A DNA stretch of 64,000 nucleotides from Eledone cirrhosa (GCA_964016885.1 OZ024745.1:6448001-6512000), one strand, 5' to 3'; positions 1 to 18,000 are shown, counted from the stretch's first letter. The notes: generated by a model not told the origin, from the sequence alone. A program made the numbers and translations.

Positions 1-3000
1 GATATAGTATTATAATACTGTCAGATATAGTATTATAATACTGTCAGATATAGTATTATATTACTGTCACATATAGTATTATATTACTGTCAGATATAGT
101 ATTATAATACTGTCTGATAGAGTATTATAATACGGTCAGATATAGTATTATATTACTGTCAGATATAGTATTATAAACTGTCAGATATAGTATTATAATA
201 CTGTCAGTTATAGTATTATAACACTGTCAGATATAGAATTATAATACTGTCAGATATAGTATTATAATACTGTTAGATATATTATTATAATACTGTCAGA
301 TATAGTATTATACTACTGTCAGATATAGTAATATAATACTGTCAGATATAGTATTATATTACTGTCAGATATAGTATTATATTACTGTCAGATCTAGTAT
401 TATAATACTGTCTAATATTGTATCATATCACTGTCAGATATAGTATAATAATACTGTCAGTTATAGTATTATATTACTGTCAGGTTTAGTATTATAATAC
501 TGTCAGATATTGTATTATATCACTGTCAGATATAGTATTATAATACTGTCAGATATTGTATTATATCACTGTCAGATATTGTATTATATTACTGTCAGAT
601 ATAGTATTATAATATTTCTGATACTGTATTATATCACTGTCAGATATAGTATTATAATACTGTCAGATATAGTATTATATTACTGTCAGATATAGTATTA
701 TAATACTGTCAGATATATTATTTTAATACTGTAAGATATAGTATTATATTACTGTCAGATATAGTATTATAATACTATCAGATATAATATTATAATACTG
801 TCAGATATAGAATTATATTACTGTCAGATATAGTATTATATTATTGTCAGATATAGTATTATGATACTGTCAGATATAGTATTATATTACTGTTAGATAT
901 AGTATTATAATACTGTCAGATGTAATGTTATAATACTGTCAGATATAGTATTACAATACTGTCAGATATAGTGTTATAATACTGTCAGATATAGTATTAC
1001 AATACTGTCAAATATAGTATTATAATACTGTCAGATATAGTAATATATTATGTCAGATATAGTATTATATTACTGTCAGATATAGTATTATATTACTGTC
1101 TGATATAGTATTATAATACTGTCAGATATAGTATTATATTACTGTCAGATATAGTATTATATTACTGTCTGATACAGTATTATAATACCGTCAGGTATAG
1201 TATTATATTACTGTCAGATATAGAATTATATTACTGTCTGATATAGTATTATATTACTGTCAGATCTAGTGTTATAATACTGTCAGATATAGTATTATAA
1301 TACTGTCTGACAGTATTATATTATTGTCAGATATAGTATTATATTACTGTCAGATATAGTGTTATAATACTGTCAGATATAGTATTATATTACTGTCAGA
1401 TATAGTGTTATAATACTGTATGATAGAGTATTATAATATTGTCAGATATTGTATTATATTTCTGTTAGATATAGTATTATAATACTTCTCAGATATAGTA
1501 TTATATTACTGTTAGATATAGTATTATAATACTGTCAGATATTGTATTATATTACTGTCAGATATAGTATTATAATACTTCCCAGATATAGTATTATATT
1601 ACTGTCAGATATAATATTATAATACTGTCTGACAGTATTATATTACTGTCAGATATAGTATTATATTACTGTCAGATATAGTATTATAATACTGTCAGAT
1701 ATAGTGTTATAATACTGTCAGATATAGTATTATAATACTGTCAGATATAGTATTATAATACTGTCTGAGATAGTATTATATTACTGTCAGATATCGTATT
1801 ATATTACTGTCAGATATAGTATTATATTACTGTCAGATATAGTATTATAATACTGTCAGATATAATATTATAATACTGTCAGATATAGAATTATAATACT
1901 GTCTGATATAGTATTATATTATTGTAAGATATAGTATTATAATACTCTCAGATATAGTATTATATTACTGTTAGATATAGTATTATAATACTGTCTGATA
2001 TAGTATTATAATACTGTCAGATATAGTATTATATTACTGTTCGATATAGTATTATATTTCTGTCTGATATCGTATTATATTACTGTCAGTTATAGTATTA
2101 TATTACTGTAAGATATAGTATTATAATACTGTCAGATATTGTATTATATCACTGTCAGATATAGTATTATAATACTGCCAGATATAGTATTATATTACTG
2201 TCAGATATAGTATTATAATACTGTCTGATAGAGTATTATAATACTGTCTGACAGTATTATATTACTGTCAGATATAGTATTATATTACTGTCAGATATTG
2301 TATTATATTACTGTCAGATATAGTATTATAATACTTCTCAGATATAGTATTATAATACTGTCTGACAGTATTATAATACTGTCAGATATAGTATTATAAT
2401 ACTGTCAGATATAGTGTTATAATACTGTCAGATATAGTATTATAATACTGTCAGATATAGTATCATATTACTGTTAGATATAGTATTATAATACTGTCAG
2501 ATATAGTATTATATTAATGTCAGATATAGTATTATAAACTGTCAGATATAGTATTATAATACTGTCAGTTATAGTATTATAACACTGTCAGAAATAGTAT
2601 TATAATACTGTCAGATATAGTATTATAATACTGTCAGATATATTATTACAATACTGTCAGATATAGTATTATATTACTGTCAGATATAGTATTATAATAC
2701 TGTCAGATATAGTATTGAATTACTGTCAGATATAGTATTATATTACTGTCAAATATAGTATTATAATACTGTCAGATATTGTATTATATCTCTGTCAGAT
2801 ATAGTATTATAATACTGTCAGTTATAGTATTATATTACTGTCAGATATAGTATTATAATACTGTCAGATATTGTATTATATTACTGTCAGATATAGTATT
2901 ATAATACTGTCAGATATAGTATTATATTACTGTCAGATATAGTATTATATTACTGTCATATATAGTATTATAATACTGTCTGATATTGTATTATATCTCT

Positions 3001-6000
3001 GTCAGATATAGTATTATAATACTCTCAGTTATAGTATTATATTACTGTCAGATATAGTATTATATTACTGTCAGATATAGTATTATATTACTGTCAGATA
3101 TAGTATTATATTACTGTCAGATATAGTATTATAATACTGTCTGATATTGTATTATATCACTGTCAGATATAGTATTATAATACTGTCAGTTATAGTATTA
3201 TAACACTGTCAGATATAGTATTATAATACTGTCAGATATAGTATTATAATACTGTCAGATATATTATTATAATACTGTCAGATATAGTATTATAATACTG
3301 TCAGATATGTTATTATAATACTGTAAGATATAGTATTATATTACTGTCAGATATAGTATTATAATACTGTCAGATATGTTATTATAATACTGTAAGATAT
3401 AGTATTATATTACTGTCAGATATAGTATTATAATACTGTCAGATATAGTATTATAATACTGTCAGATATAGTATTATAATACTTCTCAGACATAGTATTA
3501 TATTACTGTCAGATATAGTATTATAATACTGTCTGACAGTATTATATTACTCTCAGATATAGTATTATAATACTGTCAGATATATTGTTACAATACTGTC
3601 TGATATAGTATTATATTATTGTCAGATATAGTATTATAATACTCTCAGATATAGTATTATATTACTGTTGGATATAGTATTATAATACTGTCTGATATAG
3701 TATTATAATACTGTCAGATATAGTATTATATTACTGTTAGATATAGTATTATATTTCTGTCTGATATCGTATTATATTACTGTCAGATATAGTATTATAT
3801 TACTGTCAGATATAGTATTATATTACTGTCTGATAGAGTATTATAATACGGTCAGATATAGTATTATATTACTGTCAGATATAGTATTATAAACTGTCAG
3901 ATATAGTATTATAATACTGTCAGTTATAGTATTATAACACTGTCAGATATAGAATTATAATACTGTCAGATATAGTATTATAATACTGTTAGATATATTA
4001 TTATAATACTGTCAGATATAGTATTATATTACTGTCAGATATAGTATTATATTACTGTCAGATATTGTATTATATCACTGTCAGATATTGTATTATATTA
4101 CTGTCAGATATAGTATTATAATATTTCTGATACTGTATTATATCACTGTCAGATATAGTATTATAATACTGTCAGATATAGTATTATATTACTGTCATAT
4201 ATAGTATTATAATAATGTCAGATATATTATTTTAATACTGTAAGATATAGTATTATATTACTGTCAGATATAGTATTATAATACTATCAGATATAATATT
4301 ATAATACTGTCAGATATAGAATTATATTACTGTCAGATATGGTATTATATTATTGTCAGATATAGTATTATGATACTGTCAGATATAGTATTATATTACT
4401 GTTAGATATAGTATTATAATACTGTCAGATGTAATGTTATAATACTGTCAGATATAGTATTATAATACTGTCAGATATAGTATTATATTACTGTCAGATA
4501 TATTATTATATTACTGTCAGATATAGTATTGTATTGCTGTCAGATATAGAATTATAATACTGTCAGATATAATGTTATAATAATGTCAGATATAGTATTA
4601 TAATACTGTCAGATATAGTAATATATTAGTGTCAGATATAGTATTATAATACTGTCTGATATAGTATTATAATATTGTCAGATATATTATTATATTACTG
4701 TCAGATATAGTATTATATTACTGTCAGATAATAGTATTATAATACTGTCAGATATAATATTATAACACTGTCACTTATAGTATTATAATACTGTCAGATA
4801 TAGTATTATATTACTGTCAGATATAGTATTATAATGCTGTCTGACAGTATTATATTACTGTCAGATATAGTATTATAATACTGTCTGACAGTATTATATT
4901 ACTATCAGATAAAGTATTATATTACTGTCAGATATAGTGTTATAATACTGTCAGATATAGTATTATAATACTGTCTGACAGTATAATATTACTGTCAGAT
5001 ATAGTGTTATAATACTGTCAGATATAGTATTATATTACTGTCAGATATACTGTTATAATACTGTCCAATATAGTATTATAATACTGTCAGATATTGTATT
5101 ATATTACTGTCAGATATAGCATTATAATACTTCTCAGATATAATATTATATTACTGTCAGATATAGTATTATAATACTGTCTGATATAGTATTATAATAC
5201 TGTTAGATATAATAATATATTACTGTCAGATATGGTATTATAATACTGTCAGATATAGTATTATATTATTGTCAGATATAGTATTATAATACTCTCAGAT
5301 GTAGAATTATGATACTGTCAGATATAGTGTTATAATACAGTCAGATATAGTATTATAATACTGTCAGATATAGTATTATATTACTGTCACATATATTATT
5401 ATATTACTGTCAGATATAGTATTGTATTACTCTCAGATATAGAATTATAATACTGTCAGATATAATGTTATAATACTGTCAGATATAGTATTATAATACT
5501 GTCAGATATAGTATTATATTACTGTCCGATATAGTATTATAATACGGTCAGATATAGTATTATATTAGTGTCAGATATAGTATTATAATACTGTCAGATA
5601 TTGTATTATATTACTGTCAGATATAGTATTATATTACTGTCAGATAATGTATTATATTACTGTCAGATATATTATTTTATTCTTGTCAGATACAGTATTA
5701 TAATACTGTCTGATAGTATTATAATACTGTCAGATTTAGTATTATAGTACTGTCTGATATAGTATTATAATACTGTCAGATATAGTATTATATTACTGTC
5801 AGATATAGTATTATATTGCTGTCAGATATTGTATTATATTACTGTCAGATATAGTATTATAATACTTCCCAGATATAGTATTATATTACTGTTAGATATA
5901 GTATTATATTACTGTCAGATATAGTATTATATTACTCTCAGATATAGTATTATAATACTGTCAGATATAGTATTATAATACTGTCAGATATAGTATTATA

Positions 6001-9000
6001 ATACTGTCAGATATAGTATTATAATTCTATCAGATATAGTATTATAATACTGTCAGATATAGTATTATAATACTGTCAGATATAGTATTATAATTCTATC
6101 AGATATAGTATTATATTACTGTCAGATATAGTATTATATTACTGTCAGATATAATATTATAATACTGTCAGATATAGTATTATAATACTGTCTGACAGTA
6201 TTATATTTCTGTCAGATATAGTATTATATTACTGTCAGATATTGTATTATGTTACTGTCAGATATAGTGTTATAATACTGTCAGATATAGTATTATAATA
6301 GTGTCAGATATAGTATTATATTACTGTCTGATATAGTATTATAATACTGTCAGATATAGTATTATATTACTGTCAGATATAGTATTATATTACTGTCTGA
6401 TACAGTATTATAATACCGTCAGATATAGTATTATATTACTGTCAGATATAGTATTATATTACTGTCTAATATAGTATTATATTACTGTCAGATATAGTAT
6501 TATATTACTGTCAGATATATTATTATATTACTGTCAGATATAGTGTTATAATACTGTATGATAGAGTATTATAATACTGTCAGATATAGTATTATATTAC
6601 TGTCAGATATAGTATTATATTACTGTCTGATACAGTATTATAATACCGTCAGATATAGTATTATATTACTGTCAGATATAGTATTATAATACTGACAGAT
6701 ATTGTATTATATTACTGTCAGATATAGTATTATAATACTTCTCAGATATAGTATTATATTACTGTCAGATATAGTATTATAATACTGTCTGACAGTATTA
6801 TATTACTGTCAGATATAGTTTTATATTACTGTCAGATATAGTATTATATTACTGTTAGATATATTATTATAATACTGTCAGATATAGTATTATAATACTG
6901 TCAGATATAGTATTATATTACTGTCAGATATAGTATTATATTACTGTCAGATATTGTATTATATTACTGTCAGATATAGTATTTTATTATTGTCAGATAC
7001 AGTATTATAATACTGTCAGATATAGTATTATAATACTGTCAGATATAGTATTATAATACTGTCAGATATAGTATTATATTACTGTTAGATATAATATTAT
7101 ATTACTGTCTGATATAGTATTATATTACTGTCAGATATAGTATTATAATACTGTCAGATATAGTATTATATTACTGTCAGATATAGCATTATAATACTGT
7201 CAGATATATTATTATAATACTGTCAGATATAGTATTATATTACTGTCAGATATAGTATTATAATACTGTCAGATATAGTATTATAATACTGTCAGATATA
7301 GTATTATAATACTGTCAGATATATTATTATAATACTGTCTGATATAGTATTATATTACAGTCAGATATAGTATTATAATACTGTCAGATATGATATTATA
7401 TTACTGTCAGATATAGTATTATAATACTGTTAGATATAGTATTATATTACTGTCAGATATAGTATTATAATACTGTCAGATATAATATTATAATACTGTC
7501 AGATATAGAATTATAATACTGTCTGATATCGTATTATATTAATGTCAGATATAGTATTATAATACTCTCAGATATAGTATTATAATACTGTCAGATATAG
7601 TAGTATATTACTGTTAGATATAGTATTATAATACTGTCAGATATAGTATTATAATACTGTCAGATATAGTATTATGTTACTGTTAGATATAGTATTATAT
7701 TACTGTCAGATATAGTATTATATTACTGTCATATATTGTATTATATTACTGTCAGATATAGTATTATAATACTTCTCAGATATAGTATTATAATACTGTC
7801 TGACAGTATTATAATACTGTCTGACAGTATTATAATACTCTCAGATATAGTATTATAACACTGTCAGATATAGTGTTATAATACTGTCAGATATAGTATT
7901 ATAATACTGTCAGATATAGTATCATATTACTGTTAGATATAGTATTATAATACTGTCAGATATAGTATTATATTACTGTCAGATATAGTATTATAAACTG
8001 TCAGATATAGTATTATATTACTGTCAGTTATAGTATTATAACACTGTCAGATATAGTATTATAATACTGTCAGATATAGTATTATAATTCTCTCAGATAT
8101 ATTATTATAATACTGTCATATATAGTATTATATTACTGTCAGATATAGTATTATAATACTGTCAGATATAGTATTATATTACTGTCAGATATAGTATTAT
8201 ATTACTGTCAGATATAGTATTATAATACTGTCAGATATTGTATTATATCACTGTCAGAAATAGTATTATAATACTGTCAGTGATAGTATTATATTACTGT
8301 CAGATATAGTATTATAATACTGTCAGATATTGTATTATATCACTGTCAGATATAGTATTATAATACTGTCAGATATAGTATTATATTACTGTCAGATATA
8401 GTATTATAATACTGTCAGATATAATATTATAATACTGTCAGATATAGAATTATAATACTGTCTGATATAGTATTATATTATTGTCAGATATAGTATTATA
8501 ATACTCTCAGATATAGTATTATAATACTGTCAGATATAGTATTATATTACTGTTAGATATAGTATTATATTACTGTCTGATATTGTATTATATTACTGTC
8601 AGATATAGTATTATAATACTGTCAGATATAGTATTATAATACTGTCAGATATAGTATTATGCTACTGTTAGATATAGTATTATATTACTGTCAGATATAG
8701 TATTATAATACTGTCAGATATAGTATTATAATACCGTCAGATATAGTATTATAATACTGTGACATATAGTATTATATTACTGTCAGATATAGTATTATAA
8801 TACTGTCTGATAGAGTATTATAATACTGTCTGACAGTATTATATTACTGTCAGATATAGTATTATATTACTGTCAGATATAGTATTATAATACTTCTCAG
8901 ATATAGTATTATAATACTGTCTGACAGTATTATAATACTGTCTGACAGTATTATAATACTGTCAGATATAGTATTTTAACACTGTCAGATATAGTGTTAT

Positions 9001-12000
9001 AATACTGTCAGATATAGTATTATAATACTGTCAGATATAGTATCATATTACTGTTAGATATAGTATTATAATACTGTCAGATATAGTATTATATTACTGT
9101 TAGATATACTATTATAAACTGTCAGATATAGTATTATAATACTGTCAGTTATAGTATTATAACACTGTCAGATATAGTATTATAATACTGTCAGATATAG
9201 TATTATAATTCTGTCAGATATATTATTATAATACTGTCATATATAGTATTATATTACTGTCAGATATAGTATTATAATACTGTCAGATATAGTATTATAT
9301 TACTGTCAGATATAGTATTATATTACTGTCAGATATAGTATTATAATACTGTCTGATATTGTATTATATCACTGTCAGATATAGTATTATATTACTGTCA
9401 GATATAGTATTATATTACTGTCAGATATAGTATTAATCTACTGTCAGATATAGTATTATAATACTGTCTGATATTGTATTATATCACTGTCAGATATAGT
9501 ATTATATTACTGTCTGATATAGTATTATATCACTGTCAGATAAAGTATTATAATACTGTCAGATATAGTATTATAATACTGTCAGATATAGTATTATAAT
9601 ACTGTCAGATATGTTATTATAATACTGTAAGATATACTATTATATTACTGTCAGATATAGTATTATAATACTGTCAGATATAGTATTATAATACTGTCAG
9701 ATATAGTATTATAATACTGTCAGATATAGTATTATATTACTGTTAGATATAGTATTATAATATTGTCAGATATAATGTTATAATACTGTCAGATATAGTA
9801 TTATAATACTGTCAGATATAGTATTATATTATTGTCAGATATAGTATTATAATACTGTCTTATATAGTATTATAATATTGTCAGATATAGTATTATAATA
9901 CTGTCAGATATAGTATTATATTACTGTCAGATATAGAATTATAATACTGTCTGATATTATATTATATTATTGTCAGATATAGTATTATATTACTGTCAGA
10001 TAAAGTATTATAATACTGTTAGATATAGTATTATAATACTGTCAGATATAGTATTATATTATTGTCAGATATAGTATTATATTACTGTCTGATATAGTAT
10101 TAAAATACTGTCAGATACAGTATTATATTACTGTCAGATATAGTATTATAATACTGTCTGATATTGTATTATATTACTGTTTGATATAGTATTATATTTC
10201 TGTCTGATATAGTATTATATTACTGTCAGATATAGTACTATAATACTGTCAGATATAGTATTATAATACTGTCAGATATAGTATTATATACTTTTAGATA
10301 TAGTATTATATTACTGTCAGATATAGTATTATATTACTGTCAGATATAGTATTATAATACTGTCTGACAGTACTATATTACTGTCAGATAAAGTATTATA
10401 TTACTGTCAGATATAGTGTTATAATACTGTAAGATATAGTATTATATTACTGTCAGATATAGTGTGATAATACTGTCTGATATAGTATTATAATACTGTC
10501 AGATATAGTATTATAATACTGTCAGATATAGTATTATATTACTGTCAGATATAGTGTGATAATACTGTCTGATATAGTATTATAATACTGTCAGATATTG
10601 TATTATATTACTGTCAGATATAGTATTATAATACTTCTCAGATATAGTATTATATTACTGTTAGATATAGTATTATAATACTGTCAGATATTGTATTATA
10701 TTACTGTCAGATATAGTATTATAATATTTCTCAGATATAGTATTATATTACTGTCAGATATAGTATTATAATACTGTCTAACAGTATTATATTACTGTCA
10801 GATATAGTATTATATTACTGTCAGATATAGTGTTATAATACTGTCTGATATAGTATTATAATACTGTCAGTTATAGTATTATATTACTGTCAGATATAGT
10901 ATTATATTACTGTCAGATATAGTATTATAATACTGTCAGATATAGTATTATAATACTGTCAGATATAGTATTATAATACTGTCAGATATAGTATTATATT
11001 ACTGTCAGATATAGTATTATAATACTGTCTGATATTGTATTATATCACTGTCAGATATAGTATTATAATACTCTCAGTTATAGTATTATATCACTGTCAG
11101 ATATAGTATTATATTACTGTCTGATATAGTATTATATCACTGTCAGATAAAGTATTATAATACTGTCAGATATAGTATTATAATACTCTCAGATATAGTA
11201 TTATTATACTGGCAGATATGTTATTATAATACTGTAAGATATAGTATTATATTACTGTCAGATATAGTATTATAATACTGTCAGATATAGTATTATAATA
11301 CTGTCAGATATAGTATTATAATACTGTCAGATATAGTATTATATTACTGTTAGATATAGTATTATAATACTGTCAGATATAATGTTATAATACTGTCAGA
11401 TATAGTATTATAATACTGTCAGATAGGGTATTATATTACTGTCAGATATATTATTATATTACTGACAGATATAGTATTGTATTGCTGTCAGATATAGAAT
11501 TATAATACTGTCAGATATAATGTTATAATACTGTCAGATATAGTATTATAATACTGTCAGATATAGTATTATAATACTGTCTGATATTGTATTATATCAC
11601 TGTCAGATATAGTATTATAATACTGTCAGATATAGTATTATAATACTGTCAGATATAGTATTATAATACTGTCAGATATAGTATTATATTACTGTTAGAT
11701 ATAGTATTATAATACTGTCAGATATAATGTTATAATACTGTCAGATATAGTATTATAATACTGTCAGATATAGTATTATATTACTGTCAGATATATTATT
11801 ATATTACTGACAGATATAGTATTGTATTGCTGTCAGATATAGAATTATAATACTGTCAGATATAATGTTATAATACTGTCAGATATAGTATTATAATACT
11901 GTCAGATATAGTATTATATTATTGTCAGATATAGTATTATATTACTGTCAGATATAGTATTATATTACTGTCAGATATAGAATTATAATACTGTCTGATA

Positions 12001-15000
12001 TAGTATTATATTATTGTCAGATATAGTATTATTTTACTGTCAGATAAAGTATTATATTACTGTTAGATATAGTATTATAATACTGTCAGATATAGTATTA
12101 TACTATTGTCAGATATAGTATTATATTACTGTCTGATATAGTATTAAAATACTGTCAGATACAGTATTATATTACTGTCAGATATAGTATTATAATACTG
12201 TCTGATATTGTATTATATTACTGTTTGATATAGTATTATATTTCTGTCTGATATAGTATTATATTACTGTCAGATATAGTATTATAATACTGTCAGATAT
12301 AGTATTATAATACTGTGAGATATAGTATTATATTACTTTTAGATATAGTATTATATTACTGTCAGATATAGTATTATATTACTGTCAGATATAGTATTAT
12401 AATACTGTCAGATATAGTATTATAATACTTCCCAGATATAGTATTATATTACTGTTAGATATAGTATTATATTACTGTCAGATATAGTATTATATTACTC
12501 TCAGATATAGTATTATAATACTGTCAGATATAGTATTATAATACTGTCAGATATAGTATTATAATACTGTCAGATATAGTATTATAATTCTATCAGATAT
12601 AGTATTATATTACTGTCAGATATAGTATTATATTACTGTCAGATATAATATTATAATACTGTCAGATATAGTATTATAATACTGTCTGACAGTATTATAT
12701 TTCTGTCAGATATAGTATTATATTACTGTCAGATATTGTATTATGTTACTGTCAGATATAGTATTATAATACTTCTCAGATATAGTATTATAATACTGTC
12801 TGACAGTATTATATTACTGTCAGATATAGTATTAGATTACTGTTAGATATAGTGTTATAATACTGTCAGATATAGTATTATAATAGTGTCAGATATAGTA
12901 TTATATTACTGTCTGATATAGTATTATAATACTGTCAGATATAGTATTATATTACTGTCAGATATAGTATTATATTACTGTCTGATACAGTATTATAATA
13001 CCGTCAGATATAGTATTATATTACTGTCAGATATAGTATTATATTACTGTCTAATATAGTATTATATTACTGTCAGATATAGTATTATATTACTGTCAGA
13101 TATAGTATTATATTACTGTCAGATATAGTGTTATAATACTGTATGATAGAGTATTATAATACTGTCAGATATAGTATTATATTACTGTCAGATATAGTAT
13201 TATATTACTGTCTGATACAGTATTATAATACCGTCAGATATAGTATTATATTACTGTCAGATATAGTATTATAATACTGACAGATATTGTATTATATTAC
13301 TGTCAGATATAGTATTATAATACTTCTCAGATATAGTATTATATTACTGTCAGATATAGTATTATAATACTGTCTGACAGTATTATATTACTGTCAGATA
13401 TAGTTTTATATTACTGTCAGATATAGTATTATATTACTGTTAGATATATTATTATAATACTGTCAGATATAGTATTATAATACTGTCTGAGATAGTATTA
13501 TAATACTGTCAGATATAGTATTATATTACTGTCAGATATAGTATTATATTACTGTCAGATATTGTATTATATTACTGTCAGATATAGTATTTTATTATTG
13601 TCAGATACAGTATTATAATACTGTCAGATATAGTATAATAATACTGTCAGATATAGTATTATAATACTGTCAGATATAGTATTATATTACTGTTAGATAT
13701 AATATTATATTACTGTCTGATATAGTATTATATTACTGTCAGATATAGTATTATAATACTGTCAGATATAGTATTATATTACTGTCAGATATAGCATTAT
13801 AATACTGTCAGATATATTATTATAATACTGTCAGATATAGTATTATATTACTGTCAGATATAGTATTATAATACTGTCAGATATAGTATTATAATACTGT
13901 CAGATATAGTATTATAATACTGTCAGATATATTATTATAATACTGTCTGATATAGTATTATATTACAGTCAGATATAGTATTATAATACTGTCAGATATG
14001 ATATTATATTACTGTCAGATATAGTATTATAATACTGTTAGATATAGTATTATATTACTGTCAGATATAGTATTATAATACTGTCAGATATAATATTATA
14101 ATACTGTCAGATATAGAATTATAATACTGTCTGATATCGTATTATATTAATGTCAGATATAGTATTATAATACTCTCAGATATAGTATTATAATACTGTC
14201 AGATATAGTAGTATATTACTGTTAGATATAGTATTATAATACTGTCAGATATAGTATTATAATACTGTCATTATATAGTATTATGTTACTGTTAGATATA
14301 GTATTATATTACTGTCAGATATAGTATTATATTACTGTCATATATTGTATTATATTACTGTCAGATATAGTATTATAATACTTCTCAGATATAGTATTAT
14401 AATACTGTCTGACAGTATTATAATACTGTCTGACAGTATTATAATACTCTCAGATATAGTATTATAACACTGTCAGATATAGTGTTATAATACTGTCAGA
14501 TATAGTATTATAATACTGTCAGATATAGTATCATATTACTGTTAGATATAGTATTATAATACTGTCAGATATAGTATTATATTACTGTCAGATATAGTAT
14601 TATAAACTGTCAGATATAGTATTATATTACTGTCAGTTATAGTATTATAACACTGTCAGATATAGTATTATAATACTGTCAGATATAGTATTATAATTCT
14701 CTCAGATATATTATTATAATACTGTCATATATAGTATTATATTACTGTCAGATATAGTATTATAATACTGTCAGATATAGTATTATATTACTGTCAGATA
14801 TAGTATTATATTACTGTCAGATATAGTATTATAATACTGTCAGATATTGTATTATATCACTGTCAGAAATAGTATTATAATACTGTCAGTGATAGTATTA
14901 TATTACTGTCAGATATAGTATTATAATACTGTCAGATATTGTATTATATCACTGTCAGATATAGTATTATAATACTGTCAGATATAGTATTATATTACTG

Positions 15001-18000
15001 TCAGATATAGTATTATAATACTGTCAGATATAATATTATAATACTGTCAGATATAGAATTATAATACTGTCTGATATAGTATTATATTATTGTCAGATAT
15101 AGTATTATAATACTCTCAGATATAGTATTATAATACTGTCAGATATAGTATTATATTACTGTTAGATATAGTATTATATTACTGTCTGATATTGTATTAT
15201 ATTACTGTCAGATATAGTATTATAATACTGTCAGATATAGTATTATAATACTGTCAGATATAGTATTATGCTACTGTTAGATATAGTATTATATTACTGT
15301 CAGATATAGTATTATAATACTGTCAGATATAGTATTATAATACCGTCAGATATAGTATTATAATACTGTGACATATAGTATTATATTACTGTCAGATATA
15401 GTATTATAATACTGTCTGATAGAGTATTATAATACTGTCTGACAGTATTATATTTCTGTCAGATATAGTATTATATTACTGTCAGATATAGTATTATAAT
15501 ACTTCTCAGATATAGTATTATAATACTGTCTGACAGTATTATAATACTGTCTGACAGTATTATAATACTGTCAGATATAGTATTTTAACACTGTCAGATA
15601 TAGTATTATAATACTGTCAGATATAGTATTATAATACTGTCAGATATAGTATCATATTACTGTTAGATATAGTATTATAATACTGTCAGATATAGTATTA
15701 TATTACTGTTAGATATACTATTATAAACTGTCAGATATAGTATTATAATACTGTCAGTTATAGTATTATGACACTGTCAGATATAGTATTATAATACTGT
15801 CAGATATAGTATTATAATTCTGTCAGATATATTATTATAATACTGTCATATATAGTATTATATTACTGTCAGATATAGTATTATAATACTGTCAGATATA
15901 GTATTATATTACTGTCAGATATAGTATTATATTACTGTCAGATATAGTATTATAATACTGTCAGATATTGTATCATATCACTGTCAGAAATAGTATTATA
16001 ATACTGTCAGTTATAGTATTATATTACTGTCAGATATAGTATTATAATACTGTCAGATATTGTATTATATCACTGTCAGATATAGTATTATAATACTGTC
16101 AGATATAGTATTATATTACTGTCAGATATAGTATTATATTACTGTCAGATATAGTATTATAATACTGTCTGATATTGTATTATATCACTGTCAGATATAG
16201 TATTATATTACTGTCAGATATAGTATTATATTACTGTCAGATATAGTATTAATTTACTGTCAGATATAGTATTATAATACTGTCTGATATTGTATTATAT
16301 CACTGTCAGATATAGTATTATATTACTCTCTGATATAGTATTATATCACTGTCAGATAAAGTATTATAATACTGTCAGATATAGTATTATAATACTGTCA
16401 GATATAGTATTATAATACTGTCAGATATGTTATTATAATACTGTAAGATATACTATTATATTACTGTCAGATATAGTATTATAATACTGTCAGATATAGT
16501 ATTATAATACTGTCAGATATAGTATTATAATACTGTCAGATATAGTATTATATTACTGTTAGATATAGTATTATAATACTGTCAGATATAATGTTATAAT
16601 ACTGTCAGATATAGTATTATAATACTGTCAGATATAGTATTATATTATTGTCAGATATAGTATTATAATACTGTCTTATATAGTATTATAATATTGTCAG
16701 ATATAGTATTATAATACTGTCAGATATAGTATTATATTACTGTCAGATATAGAATTATAATACTGTCTGATATTATATTATATTATTGTCAGATATAGTA
16801 TTATATTACTGTCAGATAAAGTATTATAATACTGTTAGATATAGTATTATAATACTGTCAGATATAGTATTATATTATTGTCAGATATAGTATTATATTA
16901 CTGTCTGATATAGTATTAAAATACTGTCAGATACAGTATTATATTACTGTCAGATATAGTATTATAATACTGTCTGATATTGTATTATATTACTGTTTGA
17001 TATAGTATTATATTTCTGTCTGATATAGTATTATATTACTGTCAGATATAGTACTATAATACTGTCAGATATAGTATTATAATACTGTCAGATATAGTAT
17101 TATATACTTTTAGATATAGTATTATATTACTGTCAGATATAGTATTATATTACTGTCAGATATAGTATTATAATACTGTCTGACAGTACTATATTACTGT
17201 CAGATAAAGTATTATATTACTGTCAGATATAGTGTTATAATACTGTAAGATATAGTATTATATTACTGTCAGATATAGTGTGATAATACTGTCTGATATA
17301 GTATTATAATACTGTCAGATATAGTATTATAATACTGTCAGATATAGTATTATATTACTGTCAGATATAGTGTGATAATACTGTCTGATATAGTATTATA
17401 ATACTGTCAGATTTTGTATTATATTACTGTCAGATATAGTATTATAATACTTCTCAGATATAGTATTATATTACTGTTAGATATAGTATTATAATACTGT
17501 CAGATATTGTATTATATTACTGTCAGATATAGTATTATAATATTTCTCAGATATAGTATTATATTACTGTCAGATATAGTATTATAATACTGTCTAACAG
17601 TATTATATTACTGTCAGATATAGTATTATATTACTGTCAGATATAGTGTTATAATACTGTCTGATATAGTATTATAATACTGTCAGTTATAGTATTATAT
17701 TACTGTCAGATATAGTATTATATTACTGTCAGATATAGTATTATAATACTGTCAGATATAGTATTATAATACTGTCAGATATAGTATTATATTACTGTCA
17801 GATATAGTATTATAATACTGTCTGATATTGTATTATATCACTGTCAGATATAGTATTATAATACTCTCAGTTATAGTATTATATCACTGTCAGATATAGT
17901 ATTATATTACTGTCTGATATAGTATTATATCACTGTCAGATAAAGTATTATAATACTGTCAGATATAGTATTATAATACTCTCAGATATAGTATTATAAT

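Noticed and set aside
510-695. 61-aa ORF in the satellite
   Set aside because: Chance stop-free run of repeat variants.
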